From a virus (taxonomy: Duplodnaviria; Heunggongvirae; Uroviricota; Caudoviricetes), in IMG/VR virus record IMGVR_UViG_3300045988_043987: a stretch of 44,072 bases of DNA. One strand, written 5' to 3'. A program made the translations under genes and the position numbers. Positions 1 to 8,316 of this stretch are shown piece by piece; position 1 is the first letter of the stretch; every line of letters begins with the position of its first letter. The notes under the pieces were generated by a model that worked only from the letters and a program-made list of their open reading frames with translations, made no database searches and was not told where the DNA came from.

Positions 1-119
1 ATTTTTTTTATCTATTTTCTATAATGACTAGTTGACTATTATCTACGACCCTACTATATTTACTCCATCGACAACGAGAACGGAGTAGAGAGAAATGATG
101 ACTAAGATTAAGCATACCG
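1..119. repeat. terminal direct repeat, left copy (identical to 43954-44072)
   Basis: bases 1-119 recur exactly at the window end; true terminal repeat or circular-assembly overlap. Confidence 0.9.
32..60 (+). promoter_or_regulatory. sigma70-like promoter (TTGACT - 17 bp - TATATT) for the rightward small-gene cluster
   Basis: -35 TTGACT at 32-37, 17-bp spacer, -10 TATATT at 55-60; lies downstream of the 43934-43962 terminator in circular order. Confidence 0.6.
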
Positions 120-283
120 ATAACTGGGGCGATTTCATGGAGATAGAGAAGTGCCGGGACGGGACATTACTTATAACTTGTACAGACGGAGATAGCGACG
201 AATCGGTTAGTGTTAACGTGAGTATGGGTGATTTTATGATTATTGTTGAGCAAGTGGCGTCTTTTTACGGAGATGATAAATGA
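95..283 (+). CDS. hypothetical protein (62 aa)
   Basis: ORF with GGAG ribosome-binding site 9-12 nt upstream; first gene after promoter. Confidence 0.6.
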   Translation: MMTKIKHTDNWGDFMEIEKCRDGTLLITCTDGDSDESVSVNVSMGDFMIIVEQVASFYGDDK

Positions 284-429
284 AAATCACAGATACCGAA
301 GCATTTGAAGACGCACAACTGATGGCACGTATTGCCGTTAGCAACCTGGGCAGCAATATCCCGTCGGACGCGTTCTGGTCCGCGGCGATGCAGGCACTTA
401 AAGCAGCTTATGCAGGAGAGAAGAAATGA
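280..429 (+). CDS. hypothetical small protein (49 aa)
   Basis: ATGA start/stop overlap with upstream ORF; below ORF-track size cutoff. Confidence 0.35.
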   Translation: MKITDTEAFEDAQLMARIAVSNLGSNIPSDAFWSAAMQALKAAYAGEKK

Positions 430-580
430 GCTAACAAAGTCCAGCAAGCCGGCCATTACGAGTAGGCCGTAAAGTTAGTCACACCCCGTTCCCGACACGC
501 GAGGAACTGATGAAACGTAACAGTTTCCCTGGGCCGGACAAGAACAAGTATCTCAATCGCATGTGGGGAGAGCGTAAAGA

Positions 581-751
581 ATGAAAAAGTTAATTGCAGA
601 CGTTGAGCTTGGCGATGTTATCCGTATTGATGATGACTACGGCGGCTACGACGTAGTGGCGAAGCGCATCGAGTGGGATTTTATGTTGCCGTTTGTCACG
701 ATTAACCGTGAAATCATGTTCGCTAAAACTGATTGGGTAGAGGTTCGATAA
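581..751 (+). CDS. hypothetical small protein (56 aa)
   Basis: ATG ORF whose stop overlaps the next start (TAATG). Confidence 0.35.
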   Translation: MKKLIADVELGDVIRIDDDYGGYDVVAKRIEWDFMLPFVTINREIMFAKTDWVEVR

Positions 752-948
752 TGACTGACCGTGAATACGAAAAGATGATGGTAGAGGCTGTTAACGGCGG
801 TGTAGACATCGGTCACGTGATGCACGTCCTGAATACTAAAATTTCGGTAGCGGAGCAAATGGTTGAGTCGCTTTACGAGACACGCCGCGAACTGATTAAC
901 CGCTTCAACCTGAACAAAGTCTTGGGTGACGGGCATGAAAGCGCCTGA
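751..948 (+). CDS. hypothetical protein (65 aa)
   Basis: ATG at 751 in frame with track ORF 733-948; GGTAGAGG upstream. Confidence 0.55.
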   Translation: MTDREYEKMMVEAVNGGVDIGHVMHVLNTKISVAEQMVESLYETRRELINRFNLNKVLGDGHESA

Positions 949-1117
949 ACCAGTAGTTATCGATGGCGTCCTGTGGAAACCCTACTCTGTTAACCACATA
1001 GACGCTGACGGGAAGAAGTTCAGCTTCTACATTTTTGCAATTAGCCGGGAGCATGCCGCTTGTGTGGTCGACGATATCAGAGAAACGGCGTGGCTCGGTG
1101 ATGAGATAGTGGGGTAG
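935..1117 (+). CDS. hypothetical protein (60 aa)
   Basis: ATG at 935 in frame with track ORF 926-1117. Confidence 0.5.
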   Translation: MKAPEPVVIDGVLWKPYSVNHIDADGKKFSFYIFAISREHAACVVDDIRETAWLGDEIVG

Positions 1118-1119
1118 TT

Positions 1120-1290
1120 ATGTTCAGTGACATCAACGCTGCAATCGAAGAGGCGATATGGCGCCGCTACAACGGTGGGCAACAGCGGCACTTCTGCCTG
1201 GTGCAGCGCGGTAACGTGATTGCCGTGGTACAGGACCGCGATAACAAATATCCGAATGCGATGTGGACAACGAGGAATTTCTTAGGATGA
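1120..1290 (+). CDS. hypothetical small protein (56 aa)
   Basis: ATG ORF filling gap; stop overlaps next start (ATGA). Confidence 0.35.
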   Translation: MFSDINAAIEEAIWRRYNGGQQRHFCLVQRGNVIAVVQDRDNKYPNAMWTTRNFLG

Positions 1291-1523
1291 TTACCAGCAT
1301 TCCGAACCTGATTAAAGAATTTGGCACGATGGCCGAGACATGCCGACAAACCGGCATCAACGAGATGACGATTGCCAAGTACAGCAAAGACGTGGACTGT
1401 GAGCGCCACGTAATTTATAACAACCGTCTGATGACGCATGTTAAGACAAGCCCGGTGTTATTCACGCGCCGGGGCATCACTAAAACTGAGCAACGCATTG
1501 CTAAAGGGGAGAGTGGAGAATGA
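1287..1523 (+). CDS. hypothetical protein (78 aa)
   Basis: ATG at 1287 in frame with track ORF 1263-1523. Confidence 0.55.
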   Translation: MITSIPNLIKEFGTMAETCRQTGINEMTIAKYSKDVDCERHVIYNNRLMTHVKTSPVLFTRRGITKTEQRIAKGESGE

Positions 1524-1702
1524 TTGCGTTTTTGAAGGCACTTGATGCCGCAGGCAACCTGGTGTTTTGGCTGGCCTTTTTAGTTGTGCTGATAAAACAA
1601 CCGACTTTGTTTAACAGTCTTCCTAGCCATCTGTGGTGGCCTATGTTTTTAGGCATGATTGTGTCAGGAGTGGCTGGTATCCTTTTGTGGTTTTTCAAAT
1701 GA
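1520..1702 (+). CDS. small membrane protein (60 aa, 2 predicted TM helices)
   Basis: hydrophobic segments LVFWLAFLVVL and MFLGMIVSGVAGILLWFF; ATGA overlap with upstream gene. Confidence 0.6.
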   Translation: MIAFLKALDAAGNLVFWLAFLVVLIKQPTLFNSLPSHLWWPMFLGMIVSGVAGILLWFFK

Positions 1703-1804
1703 GACTACTAATCATCCCGAACGCCTGGGCTATCGCTGTAGCTAACGACCATTACGGCGGTGATGGTAAAAGAGCACCACGACACGGCCTATATAACTGA
1801 TACA

Positions 1805-1827
1805 AGCCCTCTACGGAGGGCTTTTCT
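1805..1827 (+). terminator. intrinsic terminator
   Basis: hairpin AGCCCTC-TACG-GAGGGCT followed by TTTT. Confidence 0.6.
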
Positions 1828-1921
1828 GTACATCCAGCCCAATCCCCTTATATAATCCCTTTAGACGCGTAGGGCGCGTCTGGTGCGCTCTGATGGTCAG
1901 ACGCATATGCAAGGGGATTCT

Positions 1922-2431
1922 ATGAAGCTGAAACTTAAGCAGCCATCGCCTGAGGTGGTGCAAGCTGCACATGAAGAAGCTGTTAGCGCAAACCGTCGCC
2001 GTAAACGCCCGCGCGGTAAACAGAGCCTTTATCAATCATCCCGTAATTCCGCCGCGTTGTGGGACCCGGACTATTGCGACGAACTGATTCGTTTCTTCGA
2101 CCGCACGTCGTGGGAGCTTGTGCCTACGTCTAAGGGTGGCGAACGCCCCCTTATTCAGGATAAACCGCCATCACTGGCCCGCTTCGCCTTGCACATCGGC
2201 GTCACTATTCCGATTATTAAACTATGGCTGCGCGAGATTCCCGCATTTGCAGAAGCCTATGAAACGGCGCAGGCACTGGAAGAGGCGTACTTCACTGAGA
2301 CAGGGGCCGCGGGCATCTCCGCTACGTTCGCTGCCGCTAAGTTGGGCCTGAATAAAACAGTTGTTGCTGAAGAAGTACGCGACGAGCCAATCAGCGAAGT
2401 AACAATTAAGGTGGTGTCCGGTGAACGTTAA
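1922..2431 (+). CDS. terminase small subunit (putative)
   Basis: position immediately upstream of TerL; basic N-terminus; AAGGGG ribosome-binding site before ATG at 1922. Confidence 0.55.
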   Translation: MKLKLKQPSPEVVQAAHEEAVSANRRRKRPRGKQSLYQSSRNSAALWDPDYCDELIRFFDRTSWELVPTSKGGERPLIQDKPPSLARFALHIGVTIPIIKLWLREIPAFAEAYETAQALEEAYFTETGAAGISATFAAAKLGLNKTVVAEEVRDEPISEVTIKVVSGER

Positions 2432-3692
2432 TATCACGGCGACGGAGCCACAAGGCGCATTTCTAGGTATGCATTGCAAGTTCCCGGCATTCGTGGCAGG
2501 CTTCGGCACCGGGAAGTCAGAGGTTATGTGCAACTCTGCACTACTCGACAGCATGGAAGGTGGTAGCGATTCTATCATCGCCATGTACGAGCCTACCTAT
2601 GACCTGGTGCGCCTCATCCTTGCACCGCGTATGGAAGAAAAGCTGACGGACTGGGGTATCCGATACAAATACAACAAGTCTGACAACATAATCTATACGT
2701 CATCCAGTCAATTTGGGGATTTTGTTCTGCGTACATTGGATAATCCAGCACGAATCGTAGGTTACGAGTCCTTTCGCGCAAAAATCGACGAGTTGGACAC
2801 CCTTAACATGGAACATGCTGAGCACGCGTGGAACAAAGTCATCGCCCGTAACCGCCAGTTGCCGCGGACATATAAACCTATTACGCCCAAACCGGCTAAT
2901 ACCGTTTCCGTGTTCACCACGCCGGAAGGATTCCGTTTCGTACATGACCGCTGGGTTGTTAAAAAGAATCCTGGCTACGAGATGATTCAGGCATCCACCC
3001 TGTCGAACCCGTTCCTGCCGGAAGATTATGTTCAGTCATTGCGCGATACCTACCCGGGTCAGTTGATTGACGCCTACATTAACGGCGAGTTTGTAAACCT
3101 CACGGCTGGGACGGTCTACTACGCTTACGACCGCAGGAAAAATAGTAGTCGTGAAACAATCAAGCCTGGCGAGACTCTGTATATTGGGCAGGACTTTAAC
3201 GTAGGCCACATGGCGAGCACAGTTTACGTGCAACGCGGGAAGGTGTGGCACGCTGTCGCCGAGTTGGTTGATATGTTCGATACCCCCGATGTAGTGCGGG
3301 CTATAACCGAGCGATGGAAAAGTAAGGGTCACTATATCGTTATGTACCCGGACGCCAGCGGCAAAAACCGTAAAAGCAACAACGCCAGTACCTCAGACAT
3401 CGCCCAGCTACAGCAGGCCGGTTTCGAAGTACGCGCTAAATCGACAAACCCACCGGTTAAAGACCGCGTATCTGCGATGAATAAGGCGCTTGAATCTGGT
3501 ATGGTCATGATTAACGAACAGGCTTGCCCAGTTACGGCGCGATGCCTGGAGCAGCAAGCCTACGACAAGAACGGCGAACCGGATAAATCCGGGGGCGTGG
3601 ACCACCAGAATGATGGAACCACATACCCTATCGCGTACGAAATGCCGATTCGCAAACCAGTTATTAACGTCCCGGTGACTTTCGCACTTTAA
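2421..3692 (+). CDS. terminase large subunit
   Basis: N-terminal Walker A-like GFGTGKS, C-terminal nuclease-like region; GTG start with AAGGTGG ribosome-binding site (start uncertain; first ATG at 2469). Confidence 0.8.
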   Translation: MNVNITATEPQGAFLGMHCKFPAFVAGFGTGKSEVMCNSALLDSMEGGSDSIIAMYEPTYDLVRLILAPRMEEKLTDWGIRYKYNKSDNIIYTSSSQFGDFVLRTLDNPARIVGYESFRAKIDELDTLNMEHAEHAWNKVIARNRQLPRTYKPITPKPANTVSVFTTPEGFRFVHDRWVVKKNPGYEMIQASTLSNPFLPEDYVQSLRDTYPGQLIDAYINGEFVNLTAGTVYYAYDRRKNSSRETIKPGETLYIGQDFNVGHMASTVYVQRGKVWHAVAELVDMFDTPDVVRAITERWKSKGHYIVMYPDASGKNRKSNNASTSDIAQLQQAGFEVRAKSTNPPVKDRVSAMNKALESGMVMINEQACPVTARCLEQQAYDKNGEPDKSGGVDHQNDGTTYPIAYEMPIRKPVINVPVTFAL

Positions 3693-3704
3693 GAGGATTA
3701 TTCA

Positions 3705-5186
3705 ATGTTAACTATGAACGGTCAGAATCAGGGTGTTAAGACAAAACACCTGGAATGGCTACATCACTTCGATAAATGGCAGAAGGTACGCCACGCTCTG
3801 GAAGGCGACCTCATCCGTTATCTTCGCAACGTCGGGAAGAACGAGCCGGACCCTAAATATGCAGCACAGCGCCAGGAAGAATACGAGAATGGCGCTATCT
3901 GCTACAACTTCACAAAACGTACCCTGGCGGGGATGGTCGGCAGCGTTATGCGTAAAGACCCTGAGCAAATTATCCCACCTGAAATGGAGTACCTGCTACG
4001 CAACGCGGATGGCTCAGGTGTCGGCTTGTGGCAGCACGCGCAGGACACGCTGATGGAGATTGACTCGGTGGGCCGTGGCGGTTTGCTGGTGGACGCCCCT
4101 GAGACTGCTGCTGCAACGGCGGCAGAACAGAACGCGGGGCTATTAAACCCGGTCATCGCGTTCTACACCGCGGAGAACATCATCAACTGGCGACTTACTC
4201 GCATCGGCTCAGTGAACCGCGTGACGATGGTTGTATTGCGTGAGGTATGGGAATACTCAGAACCTGGTGCAGAGTTCGAAACCAAGTTCGGTGAGCAATA
4301 CCGCGTCCTTGACCTTATTGAAGGCCGTTACCGTCAGCGCATTTACCGCTTCGATGCCGAAGGTGGTGCTCAGGATGAGGTAATCGAAATATTCCCGGAA
4401 CTCGGCGAACAGTTACGCGGCAAAATCCCCTTCACATTCATCGGGGCAAGCAACAACGATGCAACCATCGACGACGCACCTTTGCTGCCGTTGGCTGAAC
4501 TTAATATCGGACATTTCCGCAACAGCGCGGACAATGAGGAGTCCAGCTTCGTTGTAGGCCAACCTACTCTGTTCATCGCCCCGGGAGAGAACATGAGCAT
4601 GGAACAGTGGGCGGAAGCTAACCCGCACGGCGTGCGCATGGGGTCGCGTTCAGGCCATAACATCGGCTACGGCGGCAATGCGTTTCTGGTCCAGGCGGGA
4701 GAGAACAACCTTGCCAAGCAGAACATGCTGGATAAAGAGAATCAGGCAATCCAGATTGGGGCGCAGCTTATCACCCCTACGCAGCAAATCACCGCGGAAT
4801 CGGCCCGCCTGCAACGCGGCGCTGACACCTCAGTTATGGCAACAATCGCACGTAACGTAAGCATGGCGTATACCGATGCGTTGCGCTGGGTAGCGGCGAT
4901 GCTAGGGTTGCGTGAAGGCACAGAGATTGAGTTCAAACTGAACATGGAATTCTTCCTGCAACCGATGACCGCTCAGGACCGTGCACAGTGGATGGCGGAT
5001 ATTAACGCCGGTTTGCTGCCAGCTACTGCTTACTACGCGGCGTTGCGTAAGGCCGGTGTAACCGACTGGACTGACGAGGACATTCAGAACGCTATTGAGG
5101 ATGCACCTCTGCCGAATGCTACGATGGTGCAAGGAGATATTCCGGCATCGGCTAACCCGCAAGACCAACAGAACCCGCCGCAATGA
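3705..5186 (+). CDS. portal protein
   Basis: 493-aa ORF directly after TerL; size and position typical. Confidence 0.75.
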   Translation: MLTMNGQNQGVKTKHLEWLHHFDKWQKVRHALEGDLIRYLRNVGKNEPDPKYAAQRQEEYENGAICYNFTKRTLAGMVGSVMRKDPEQIIPPEMEYLLRNADGSGVGLWQHAQDTLMEIDSVGRGGLLVDAPETAAATAAEQNAGLLNPVIAFYTAENIINWRLTRIGSVNRVTMVVLREVWEYSEPGAEFETKFGEQYRVLDLIEGRYRQRIYRFDAEGGAQDEVIEIFPELGEQLRGKIPFTFIGASNNDATIDDAPLLPLAELNIGHFRNSADNEESSFVVGQPTLFIAPGENMSMEQWAEANPHGVRMGSRSGHNIGYGGNAFLVQAGENNLAKQNMLDKENQAIQIGAQLITPTQQITAESARLQRGADTSVMATIARNVSMAYTDALRWVAAMLGLREGTEIEFKLNMEFFLQPMTAQDRAQWMADINAGLLPATAYYAALRKAGVTDWTDEDIQNAIEDAPLPNATMVQGDIPASANPQDQQNPPQ

Positions 5187-5187
5187 G

Positions 5188-5210
5188 AAAGGCCCCGTGA
5201 GGGGCCTTAA
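5188..5210. terminator. bidirectional hairpin terminator (AAAGGCCCC-GTGA-GGGGCCTT)
   Basis: perfect GC-rich hairpin between convergent genes. Confidence 0.55.
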
Positions 5211-5212
5211 AT

Positions 5213-5398
5213 TTAACAAGCTGATGTTGTCCAGTAATCACCATAATCATTTACGTAAAATTTCTTCATACCAGACCACCCGAAGTTCTTACATGTCTTT
5301 TTGAATCGCTTCATTACCTGTGTTCTTGTCAGCATCAAAACACTACCGTTTCCATCTCTTGCGAAATCTCCGCCGGACTTATATGGTTTCTTTTCCAC
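5213..5398 (-). CDS. hypothetical lysine-rich small protein (61 aa), antisense to late genes
   Basis: GTG start preceded by GGGGG; conserved operator/promoter motif directly upstream at 5424-5456. Confidence 0.4.
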   Translation of the reverse strand: MEKKPYKSGGDFARDGNGSVLMLTRTQVMKRFKKTCKNFGWSGMKKFYVNDYGDYWTTSAC

Positions 5399-5423
5399 TT
5401 TTATGCCCCCTGTTTAAATTAAC

Positions 5424-5456
5424 CGAATAGTACCCTATTATATTGGTGTCTGCAAA
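5424..5456. promoter_or_regulatory. conserved dyad operator/promoter motif, copy 1
   Basis: CGAATAGTACCCTATTATATTGGTGTCTGCAAA; core AATAG-N4-CTATT with TATAAT on the minus strand. Confidence 0.6.
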
Positions 5457-5499
5457 TATTATTTTTATGCGTTACACTGGCGATACTACAGGAGGGCTT

Positions 5500-6543
5500 A
5501 TGAGCTTACTTACATCGCTAATCAGCCACCAGATATGGCTGCAACGCACCGCATCCGGCGAAGTGAAAGACCTTGCACCGTTTATTCAGGAGATGCGGGA
5601 TGAAATCAAACGGCAGGTGCTGTTATTCGGTGACGACGGGCGAAGCACAGCGCGCCTGAATAAACTGTTACGCGACCTCGAAGAAGCATTGACCGGACTT
5701 ACGGGTGACTGGCAGACAAAGCTGACAGAAGACCTTAAGGAACTGGCAGCGTATGAGGCTGAGTGGAACGTAAAGACACTTACCGCCAACGTAAATGCGG
5801 AATTTGTTACACCTACCGCCGAACAGGTGTGGGCCGCCGCCGAGTTTCAACCGCTCTCATTAAGCGACAAACCAGTTGATTTCACCAAGCTGATGTCGGG
5901 CTGGGGTGAAACAGAAGTCGCGCGCCTTGTAACCGGCGTTAAAATGGGTTTCGTACAAGGCCAAACCACACGGCAGATTGTTAAAAGCGTAGTCGGCGCT
6001 GGCGGACTGGCAGACATCTCGGAACGAAACGCAGCTACAGTAATACGTACTGCGCTGTCTCATGTGTCCAACGAAGCCCGTAACGAGACGTACCGCCAGA
6101 ACGACGACATCATTGAGAAATACGAAATAGTCGCCACACTCGACAGCCGTACATCAACAATATGCCGTAGCCTGGACAGGCAGGAATACGAAATCAGCAA
6201 AGGTCCGAGACCCCCTTTCCATCCTAACTGCAGAACGACCACTGCGCCCGTAATCAGTTCCGAGTTCGATTTCCTGGATAAAGGTGCAAAACGCGCGGCT
6301 AAGGGTGCGAACGGCGGTACTCAGGTAAGTGCGGACACCACTTACTACGAGTTCCTCAAACAACAACCGGCGTGGTTTCAGGACCAGGCCCTCGGCCCTG
6401 TTCGCGGTAAGATTTTCCGTAACAGCGGTATATCGCCGGAAGAGTTTCGCGTAATATCTGTAGATGGTTTTGGGAATCCGCTCACGCTTAAGCAGATGGC
6501 GGAACTCGATAAACGTGTCGCTGATTATCTGAAAGGGGAATAA
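5500..6543 (+). CDS. head morphogenesis protein (Mu F / SPP1 gp7-like minor head protein)
   Basis: characteristic C-terminal motif ...STICRSLD...PPFHPNCRTT; ATG at 5500 with AGGAGG. Confidence 0.85.
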   Translation: MSLLTSLISHQIWLQRTASGEVKDLAPFIQEMRDEIKRQVLLFGDDGRSTARLNKLLRDLEEALTGLTGDWQTKLTEDLKELAAYEAEWNVKTLTANVNAEFVTPTAEQVWAAAEFQPLSLSDKPVDFTKLMSGWGETEVARLVTGVKMGFVQGQTTRQIVKSVVGAGGLADISERNAATVIRTALSHVSNEARNETYRQNDDIIEKYEIVATLDSRTSTICRSLDRQEYEISKGPRPPFHPNCRTTTAPVISSEFDFLDKGAKRAAKGANGGTQVSADTTYYEFLKQQPAWFQDQALGPVRGKIFRNSGISPEEFRVISVDGFGNPLTLKQMAELDKRVADYLKGE

Positions 6544-7004
6544 TGATGGGCTTTTTCAAAGTAACTGATGTACCGTCGCGTCGCGTAGTCCAGTACGCCC
6601 GCGTGTCTGGCTCCGGCGAGAACGTAGTATTTATTGAGGATGAAAGTGTACTAGGTACACCAGTAGACGATATGCCGTTTGCGGATAAGACAGGCATCGC
6701 ACTTCCTGCGGCAGGTATGCTTTATGAGATTCCGTATCTGGCTGATGCGGGTGATGTGTATTTCTCCGAGCAACCGAAAGATGCGGAACTGGTAGACGGC
6801 AGCGCAACCCTCACTGTCGAAGTTAAAGCAGGTGAAGCGCCGTATACACTGACCTGGTACAAAGACGGTAAGGAAGTGGTAAACGCCCCGGAAGAGGCCT
6901 TGTCTCTGACGGTCAATGCAGTTGGTGAATACTTCGTTAAGGTTACTGATGCCGATGGTGTAGATGCGGTAAGTAAAGCGGCGAAGGTTACTAAGCCAGA
7001 ATGA
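6543..7004 (+). CDS. Ig-like domain protein (putative capsid decoration)
   Basis: Ig-like beta-sandwich signature TLTVEVKAGEAPYTLTWYKDGKEV. Confidence 0.6.
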   Translation: MMGFFKVTDVPSRRVVQYARVSGSGENVVFIEDESVLGTPVDDMPFADKTGIALPAAGMLYEIPYLADAGDVYFSEQPKDAELVDGSATLTVEVKAGEAPYTLTWYKDGKEVVNAPEEALSLTVNAVGEYFVKVTDADGVDAVSKAAKVTKPE

Positions 7005-7006
7005 TA

Positions 7007-7038
7007 AAAGGCCCCTTATGGGGCCTTAATTTTATTTA
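7007..7038. terminator. bidirectional intrinsic terminator
   Basis: AAAAGGCCCC-TTAT-GGGGCCTT followed by AATTTTATTT. Confidence 0.7.
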
Positions 7039-7553
7039 AATCGCGCTGGCATTAGCACCATAAATGCAGTGTTTGAAAATGATATTTTGCATCCTCTGAT
7101 TTGGTCCTGGAAATCGAAACGAGCGATTTCATTTTTGTATGCCTTAGAAATCTTGTGCGCGTCCGCCAAGTAGCGCAGGGTGAACCCTATGCTGTCAACC
7201 GCCCCCGGCGTGATGTGCGCCACACGTCTCCAGTCAGGAAACCTTCCGTCTACAACATCTACCGGAAGTGTACATATAAGCGCACGACTATCGTCATAGA
7301 AAGAAACGCTGCTGTTGTCGTGGTCTACTTCCGCGTAGTTAAATTTAGAAGGCTCTCTCCCTTTGATGTCTATGAGAACCGCATTCTCAACGTTTGTCTT
7401 AACGTTGTCGCAGAACAATCTATGACCGTCCGTAGACACTATCAATCCCTCCGGGTCTATGTAAAAAGCATTCAAATAATAGCGCACATCATTTTTAGCT
7501 CTGCATATTTTTGCCCCTACATACGCAGGGAAAGTAATTACTGTAGTAGCCAT
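7032..7553 (-). CDS. truncated beta sliding clamp (DnaN)-like protein
   Basis: segments DVRYYLNA, STDGHRLF, VDGRFPDWRRV, SIGFTLRYLADA and C-terminal MVLMPARFK match recalled enterobacterial DnaN domain II and C-terminus; GAGGAGG ribosome-binding site; own promoter motif. Confidence 0.7.
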   Translation of the reverse strand: MATTVITFPAYVGAKICRAKNDVRYYLNAFYIDPEGLIVSTDGHRLFCDNVKTNVENAVLIDIKGREPSKFNYAEVDHDNSSVSFYDDSRALICTLPVDVVDGRFPDWRRVAHITPGAVDSIGFTLRYLADAHKISKAYKNEIARFDFQDQIRGCKISFSNTAFMVLMPARFK

Positions 7554-7578
7554 TTTAACTCCTCCTCGTTTCGATAAC

Positions 7579-7611
7579 TGAATAGTACCCTATTATGTTG
7601 GGGTGTGCAAA
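7579..7611. promoter_or_regulatory. conserved dyad operator/promoter motif, copy 2
   Basis: TGAATAGTACCCTATTATGTTGGGGTGTGCAAA; minus-strand reading precedes the clamp-like gene's ribosome-binding site. Confidence 0.6.
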
Positions 7612-7661
7612 CTATTTATTAGCCTATTCCAGTTATTCCGCTCAATTGTAAATGTTGGAAT

Positions 7662-7704
7662 AAACTATTCGAATAGTTGACTTTTCACTAAAAATATGCT
7701 AAGC
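7662..7704 (+). promoter_or_regulatory. promoter of ncRNA A with upstream perfect palindrome
   Basis: palindrome AACTATTCGAATAGTT (7662-7677) overlapping -35 TTGACT (7676-7681); 17-bp spacer; -10 TAAGCT (7699-7704). Confidence 0.55.
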
Positions 7705-7710
7705 TCCACC

Positions 7711-7910
7711 TGAGCTTGTGAAGTATGAACAAGCGACCGCGGCGCGGGCAGGTAACGGAGCGGGACGTAAGTCCTGAGTGTAGTTACGCTGACGCGTTCG
7801 GAAGGGCCATACTCTATTGCTTGTGTAAAAAGTAACTGGTTTACTGAGATTACGCCGTTTCTATGTTTAAATGATAAGGACTAGCGCCCCGCTTTATGGC
7901 GGGGCTTTAC
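7711..7910 (+). ncRNA. candidate structured small RNA, paralog A
   Basis: own promoter; 5' hairpin GCUUGU-N9-ACAAGC; internal hairpin GGAC-GUAA-GUCC; conserved 3' segment UUCGGAAGGGCCAUA; terminator-like hairpin GCCCCGC-N6-GCGGGGC plus U-rich tail; paralog at 38625. Confidence 0.5.
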
Positions 7911-7929
7911 TTATCGAGAAAGGAGAAAC

Positions 7930-8316
7930 ATGAATCTTAAAGCAACTGTCGTAGCGGGAGCATGTTTCATCATCCTGGCTTACGCACACGGCATCCACCA
8001 GTATCGCAGCGGCTGGCACGAAGGCCGGGCGAATCTCGTTTCGCAGCAACAGCAGAAAGCACAAGCTGAGTTAGCGAAGAAAACACAACGGCAGCAGCAG
8101 GATGAATCAAAGGCCGCAGCCGCTGACAACGAAGGCAAGACGAAATCAGAGGTGATTACCCGTGAAGTCGTTAAGTACATTAAAACGCCTGGCCGCAGCG
8201 TGTGCACTTTTGACCCTGAGCGCGTGCAGCTCAAGTCCCGCGCCGTCGCAAACGCAAATTCCATCCCCGGATATGACGATGATGCAGCCTCCGTGCAAAC
8301 TGGCGCCGCCAAGTAG
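7930..8316 (+). CDS. i-spanin (Rz-like)
   Basis: N-terminal TM helix, Q/K-rich coiled-coil region, o-spanin gene overlapping in another frame. Confidence 0.75.
   Translation: MNLKATVVAGACFIILAYAHGIHQYRSGWHEGRANLVSQQQQKAQAELAKKTQRQQQDESKAAAADNEGKTKSEVITREVVKYIKTPGRSVCTFDPERVQLKSRAVANANSIPGYDDDAASVQTGAAK

Noticed and set aside
7711-7765. 17-codon ORF (MNKRPR...) at the 5' end of both ncRNA candidates as a small protein gene
   Set aside because: No ribosome-binding site, and the two copies diverge in frame and length after 6 codons while the RNA pairing is preserved; a leader peptide cannot be fully excluded.
7884-7905. Hairpin GCCCCGC-N6-GCGGGGC resembling the stem of a type I-E CRISPR repeat
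   Set aside because: Single copy, no repeat-spacer periodicity and no flanking repeat handle; better explained as the ncRNA A terminator.
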